From assembly GCA_963776245.1 (NCBI GenBank), contig CAVZLN010000007.1, positions 1 through 64,000 of the forward strand: DNA of 64,000 nucleotides, given 5' to 3'. Shown one piece after another: positions 53,572 to 64,000 of this stretch; the stretch's first letter is position 1; the number at the start of each line of letters is the position of its first letter. This stretch comes from Candidatus Eiseniibacteriota bacterium (GTDB lineage: Bacteria; Eisenbacteria; RBG-16-71-46). The translations under genes were made by a program, and so were the position numbers. Below the pieces are notes generated by a model. It did no database searches. It was not told where the DNA came from and was given only the letters and a program-made list of their open reading frames with translations.

Positions 53572-54228
53572 GTGAGCACGCCCATCCCGCCGGACCCCCG
53601 ACGCGACCTGTTCGCGCCTCTGCGTGAGCCTGCGTTCCTCACCGAGGCCCAGCGCAAGGCGATCCACCTGGGGTTCCTCATCCTGCCGCTCGAGCTGCTG
53701 TTCCACTTCCTGCCGTGGCCCCAGGGCAGGGGGGAGTTCCGGGTGCTGTTCCTGCTGCTGGTGGCGGGCGCCATCGCCATCGACCTGCTGCGCATCCACG
53801 AGCCGCGGGTCCGCACCTTCTTCCGGAAGTTCCTCGGCGAGATCATCCGCGAGCACGAGGAGTTCAACCTGCTCGGCTCGACCTACCTGCTGCTCGCCTC
53901 GCTGCTGGCGATCGAGATCTTCACCCAGCCGGTGGCCGCGGCGGCGCTCGGATTCACGGTGCTGGGAGACGCGTTCGCGGCCATCGTCGGCCGGGCGTGG
54001 GGACGCACGCGGGTGTTCCGCAAGTCGGTGGAAGGGCTGCTGGGCTGCCTCGCGGCGTGCGGGGCGTGGGCGGCGTTCCTCGCGCTCGGTGGCCACCTGC
54101 CCTGGCACGTGGTGCTCGCGGGCGCCGCGGTCGCAAGTCTGGTGGAGTTCCTGCCGATACCCCTCGACGACAACCTGGGCATCACGCTGGCCGCGGGGTA
54201 CGCCATGAAGCTGCTGCTCATCTCATGA
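53572..54228 (+). CDS. Dolichol/phytol kinase-like (CTP-dependent lipid kinase) membrane protein
   Basis: RKAIH, GDAFAAIVG, KSVEG and DDNL. Confidence 0.85.
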   Translation: MSTPIPPDPRRDLFAPLREPAFLTEAQRKAIHLGFLILPLELLFHFLPWPQGRGEFRVLFLLLVAGAIAIDLLRIHEPRVRTFFRKFLGEIIREHEEFNLLGSTYLLLASLLAIEIFTQPVAAAALGFTVLGDAFAAIVGRAWGRTRVFRKSVEGLLGCLAACGAWAAFLALGGHLPWHVVLAGAAVASLVEFLPIPLDDNLGITLAAGYAMKLLLIS

Positions 54229-55169
54229 GTCCACGACCCGTCGAGCCCGACCGTTCGGCGTTCGAGCCCGCGATGGTCCTCGCCCGCGAGGGGCGCCACG
54301 CCGATGCCGTGCGCTGGGTGGCGGACGCGCGGGGCGCGGCACCCGGGGATCTCCGTCTCGCCGACGCGGCGCGCGCGCTGTCCCAGGTCGCGAGGCTCGC
54401 GGAGGCCGCGGGAGACCGCGGCGCGGCGCTGGCGGCGCTCGATCTGGCGGTGGAATGCCGCCCGGGCTGGGCCGACCTGCACCTCCACCGCGCGCTCGCG
54501 TGTGCCGCCCTCGACCGTCGCGCCGCGGCACGCGCGGCGCTCGACACCGCCCTGCGCATCCATCCCCGTTTCGTGGCGGCACGCCTCGAACGCGCGCTGC
54601 TCGACGCGCGCGAGGGGCTGGTGGGCGAGGCGATCGCCGAGCTGCGCGCCCTCGGGCACGCGACGCGGATCAGCGAACCGCACACCTTCGAACAGGGCAT
54701 GGAGTGCCTCGAGCGGGCCGATTGGGACGCCGCGTCGGCCCGGCTCCGGCGTGCGCTGCGCCTCGCCGAGCCCGAGCTCGAGCAGCGCCTCGAGCGCTAC
54801 GAGGCGCTGATGGACGAGGACCAGCCGGGCCGGGCCGCGCAACTGCTGCGCGAGGTGCTGCCGCGCTTCGAGGCCTATCCCGACCTGCACTACCGGCTCG
54901 GCGCCGCCGAGCTGCGCGAGGGCGCGTACGACGACGCGCTGGTCTCGCTGGCGCGCGCCCTCGAGCTCAACCCCGACTTCAGCGCCGCGCGCGTCCTGCT
55001 GGCACGTGCCCTCGACGCGCTGGGCGCGCGCGCGCAGGCGCTCGAGCAGGTGGCGCTGGTGCTCCAGAGCGAGCCCGGCCAGACCCAGGCGCTCGCGCTC
55101 GAGGTCGAGTGGGGCGCCCGCGCCGCGCACCTCACGGCGCGCGCGGACCGCCGCCGCGATCCGACTTGA
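54225..55169 (+). CDS. Tetratricopeptide repeat protein
   Basis: Repeated YPDLHYRLG...ALELNPDF-type units. Confidence 0.8.
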   Translation: MSPRPVEPDRSAFEPAMVLAREGRHADAVRWVADARGAAPGDLRLADAARALSQVARLAEAAGDRGAALAALDLAVECRPGWADLHLHRALACAALDRRAAARAALDTALRIHPRFVAARLERALLDAREGLVGEAIAELRALGHATRISEPHTFEQGMECLERADWDAASARLRRALRLAEPELEQRLERYEALMDEDQPGRAAQLLREVLPRFEAYPDLHYRLGAAELREGAYDDALVSLARALELNPDFSAARVLLARALDALGARAQALEQVALVLQSEPGQTQALALEVEWGARAAHLTARADRRRDPT

Positions 55170-55249
55170 CCGCGGCGCGCGGCCGGGGCACCCTGTGGGC
55201 GCTTCGGGCGGAAGCTAGCTTTCCGTCGGCCTGACAGGGAGGAGTGTCC

Positions 55250-55453
55250 ATGGCCCGTGGCATCGTGAAGTGGTTCAATGACCAGCGTGGCTACGGTTTC
55301 ATCAGTGCGGAAGGGTCGAGCGAGGTGTTCGTCCATCACTCCGCGATCGAGGGGCGAGGATTCCGCACCCTGCACGAGGGTGAGCAGGTGGAGTTCGAGC
55401 TCCGCAGCAGCGAGAGGGGCGCGGAGGCCGCGCACGTCATCAAGGTTCTCTGA
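55250..55453 (+). CDS. Cold-shock domain protein
   Basis: GIVKWFN, GYGFI and VFVHHSAI. Confidence 0.95.
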   Translation: MARGIVKWFNDQRGYGFISAEGSSEVFVHHSAIEGRGFRTLHEGEQVEFELRSSERGAEAAHVIKVL

Positions 55454-55620
55454 AGGTTTCCACGCCCGAAGCACGCAAGGCCCGGTGCATGGCATCGGGC
55501 CGACGCGTTTCGGGCCCCCGGCCGGTGGCGGCGCCCGCAGCCGGCGCTGCGGCCAGCCGGCACGACGCCCCCGCGACCCTCGCGGGGTCCCCGCTTGACA
55601 CTTCTTCTATCCTGACGCCC

Positions 55621-58653
<3,033 letters not shown>

Positions 58654-58657
<4 letters not shown>

Positions 58658-59113
58658 GCGACGAACCGTCCGGCGACCCGGTCGTCCGCCTGCTGCGCCT
58701 GCTCGCCGAGCGGCTCGAGGCCTACCTCGAGGGCGACGAGCTGGCGTTCGAGACCCTGGGGGAGCGGATCGAGGAGGAGGGCTGCACGGGTGACGACCTC
58801 CACGCCGCGATGCTGGTGCTGCGGAGCCTGACCGGCGAGCCGCCGGCGGGGGGCGAGGCCGACCTCGAGAGCGCGCCGGGAGAGCACGCGCAGCGCGTGC
58901 CCTCGGCCGAGGAACGCGATTCGCTGAGCACCGAGGCGTGGGGCTACCTCATCGACCTGCGCCGCCGGGGCTCGCTCACCGCGGCACAGTTCGAGCAGGT
59001 CATCGAGCGGCTCACCGATCTCGCGATCCGCCCGGTCGACGTCGAGACCGTGCGCGAGGTCGCCGCACGCATCGCGCTGCAGTTCGACGATCTCGAACAT
59101 GGAGGCCCGGCTC

Positions 59114-59139
<26 letters not shown>
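58654..59139 (+). CDS. Smg/DUF494 family protein
   Basis: [17 protein letters not shown]...G.L....FEQVIER, located upstream of topA. Confidence 0.7.
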
Positions 59140-61703
<2,564 letters not shown>

Positions 61704-61711
<8 letters not shown>

Positions 61712-62588
61712 GGCTCTCCAGCGCTTCCTGAGCGAGCTCGCGGCCCAGCGCCGCGCCTCGCTGCACACCGTGGCGGCCTATCGCCGCGACGTCACCCGCG
61801 TGCTCGACCTCGCCGCGGGGCCCGGGAAGCCCGTGCGACCGGACGACTGGACGCGCGAACTTCTCGAGCGCGGCCTGCGCGATCTCTACCGCACCGGCCA
61901 CGCCGCCTCGAGCGCCGCCCGCGCGCTCGCCGCCTGGCGCTCGTTCTCGCGCTTCTGCGCCCGCCGCGGGGTGATCGAGCGCGATCCGGCGCGCGGGCTG
62001 GCCTTCCCGCGCTTGCCGCGGCGCCTGCCGCGCACCCTGCCCCAGCTCGACCTGAACGCGGCGCTCGATGCGCTGTCCGCGACCGACGCCGCCTCGCTGC
62101 GCGACCGCGCGCTGCTCGAGCTGCTCTATTCCTCGGGCCTTCGCCTGGCCGAACTGGTGGGACTCAATCACGGGGACCTCGATCGCGGCGCCCGGCTGGT
62201 GCGGGTGCGTGGCAAGGGCCGCCGCGAGCGCATCGTGCCCGTGGGGCGCACCGCGCTCGCCGCGCTCGAGCGCTGGCAGGCGGTGGTCCCGCGCGCCGGC
62301 GCGCGGCCGGACAGCGCGCTGTTCCCGGGCGCCCGGGGGCCGCGGATCGCGCCGCGCTCGGTCCAGCGCATCGTGCGCGCACGGCTCGCGGGGGTGGCCG
62401 CCGGGCTCGGCGTCACCCCGCACGCGCTGCGCCACTCGTTCGCGAGCCACCTGCTCGACCACGGCGCCGACCTGCGCGCGATCCAGGAACTGCTCGGCCA
62501 CCGCTCGCTCACCAGCACGCAGGTGTACACCCACGTCTCGCGCGCGCGGCTGCGCAAGGCGTACGAGCAGGCCCACCCGAGGGCGTGA
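61704..62588 (+). CDS. xerC: XerC-family tyrosine recombinase
   Basis: YSSGLRLAE, GKG, HALRHSFA, LLGH, TQVY and terminal HPRA. Confidence 0.9.
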
Positions 62589-63688
62589 ACATGCGACCGG
62601 TCGCAGGCTGGGCATCGGCGGCGCCGCGCGCGCGGGCCGCGTGCGGCCTGCTCGCGCTGGTGGCGCTGGCGGGCGGCGGCGCGGGTTGCGCGAAGAAGGG
62701 GCCGCCCTCGGGCGGTCCGCCCGACCTCGAGCCTCCGCGCGTCGTGTCCTCGCTGCCCGACTCGGGCGCCGCGGGCGTGGCCCGGAACACCACGCTGGCG
62801 GTGACCTTCAGCGAGGGCATGGAGCCGCGCAGCACCGGGGACGCGGCGGCGCTCGCGCCCCGCGTGAACATCCGCCAGCGGCGCTGGAGTGGGCGCACGC
62901 TCACGCTGGTGCTCGGCGACAGCCTCGCCGCGTCCCAGACCTACACGCTGTTCGTGGGGGGCAACGCGCGCGACCGGCACGGCAACCCGCTCGCGAGCGG
63001 TGCCACCGTGGTGTTCACGACCGCGGACTCGTTCCCGCCCGGGCGCATGGAGGGCGAGATCCAGGCGCTGGGCTTCGCGGCCGCGGGCACCTACCTGTGG
63101 TGCTACGACGCCGCCACCGGACGCCTGCCCGACAGCACCGCGCGCGACTTCGACGCGGTGGGGCTCGCCGACCGGGACGGCCGCTTCCGGGTCACCGGGC
63201 TGCGGGTGCCCGGCCGCTGGCGCATCTGGGCGTTCGCCGACCTCAACGGCAATCGCTCGTTCGAGCCCGCGACCGATCTGCTGGTCCCCGCCGACACCGT
63301 GATCGCGCTCACCCCGGCGGCCCCGGCGGCCACCGGGCTGGTGGTGCGCGTGGTGAACCCGCGCGCGCCGGGACGCGCGTCCGGCCGCGTGGCGGTGGTG
63401 GGGCGGATCGACAGCACGCTGACGCGGCAGATCTGGGCGGTGGCCGAGCGCGACAGTACGCACCCGCTGTCCTTCCCGGTGCATCCCGACGACACCTTCA
63501 GCTGCGCGCTCCCGGGCGGCGTCTGGCGCCTGCGCGTGTTCCTCGACGTCAATCGCGACGAGCGCTGGCAGTCCGTGACCGAGCTGGGCGGCGAGCCCCT
63601 GCGCGTGGAGGTGCCGCCCGCCATCGAGGTGAAGGACCTGGTCCTGCGCCTCGAGGCCGCCGCGGTGAAGCCCCGGGAGGGACCGTGA
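62585..63688 (+). CDS. Lipoprotein with a bacterial Ig-like (Big_5) domain
   Basis: Lipobox AGC followed by AKKGPPSGGPPD..PP.V and VTFSE. Confidence 0.8.
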   Translation: MNMRPVAGWASAAPRARAACGLLALVALAGGGAGCAKKGPPSGGPPDLEPPRVVSSLPDSGAAGVARNTTLAVTFSEGMEPRSTGDAAALAPRVNIRQRRWSGRTLTLVLGDSLAASQTYTLFVGGNARDRHGNPLASGATVVFTTADSFPPGRMEGEIQALGFAAAGTYLWCYDAATGRLPDSTARDFDAVGLADRDGRFRVTGLRVPGRWRIWAFADLNGNRSFEPATDLLVPADTVIALTPAAPAATGLVVRVVNPRAPGRASGRVAVVGRIDSTLTRQIWAVAERDSTHPLSFPVHPDDTFSCALPGGVWRLRVFLDVNRDERWQSVTELGGEPLRVEVPPAIEVKDLVLRLEAAAVKPREGP

Positions 63689-64000
63689 GATTCGAGTTCT
63701 GGAAGATGCACGGAGCGGCGAACGACTTCGTCGTCATCGACCATCGCACGCCCTTCCTGCCCGCGGCGCCCGGCGCGCTGGTGGCGCGGCTGTGTGACCG
63801 CCGCCGAGGCGTGGGCGCGGACGGAGTGCTGGCGCTGGAGCGCCACGACACGCTCGACTTCCGGATGGCGTACTGGAACGCCGACGGCGGCCGCGCGGAC
63901 TTCTGCGGCAACGGCGCGCGCTGCCTCGCGCGGCTGGCGCTCGACCTCGGGCTCGGGCACGACGGACGGGTGCGGTTCGCCAGCGACGCGGGCCCGCAGG
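63685..64000 (+). CDS. dapF: Diaminopimelate epimerase, truncated by the window end
   Basis: KMHGAANDF, GVGADG and NADG...CGNGARC. Confidence 0.93.
   Translation, partial: MRFEFWKMHGAANDFVVIDHRTPFLPAAPGALVARLCDRRRGVGADGVLALERHDTLDFRMAYWNADGGRADFCGNGARCLARLALDLGLGHDGRVRFASDAGPQ

Overview
High-GC bacterial DNA. A PorV-like barrel and SecA with a large insertion suggest an FCB-associated lineage such as Ca. Eisenbacteria, but that is inference. The sequence looks like an unpolished long-read consensus, because even normally essential genes (trpS, secA, guaA, purC) carry 1-nt indels. Positions 1-11.1 kb are the right part of an integrative element inserted at the 3' end of tRNA-Leu(CAA). Its backbone is a tyrosine integrase, an excisionase, a Zn-binding ORF plus P-loop helicase-like replication gene, and a divergent hypothetical gene. 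Its cargo is an IS3/IS2-type element, a TNT/ADP-ribosyltransferase-like toxin-domain gene, and a translationally coupled AIPR + GHKL(MORC-type) ATPase pair followed by a small membrane protein. This cargo is the best candidate for an undescribed anti-phage system. Positions 11.2-64 kb are core chromosome: OM barrel, cysteine synthase, atypical thiolase plus hydratase/dehydrogenase, DUF853 ATPase, tRNA-Ala(GGC), cstA, an MshEN-PilB/HD-GYP pair behind a sigma28-like promoter, GAF-PP2C, M50-trpS-scpAB-rluB, PorV-like, glgD-like/glgC, mltD, PEGA protein, comEC, purN/purC/purH, guaA, slt, csp, secA-smg-topA-xerC and partial dapF. All calls come from reading motifs by eye; no searches were run.
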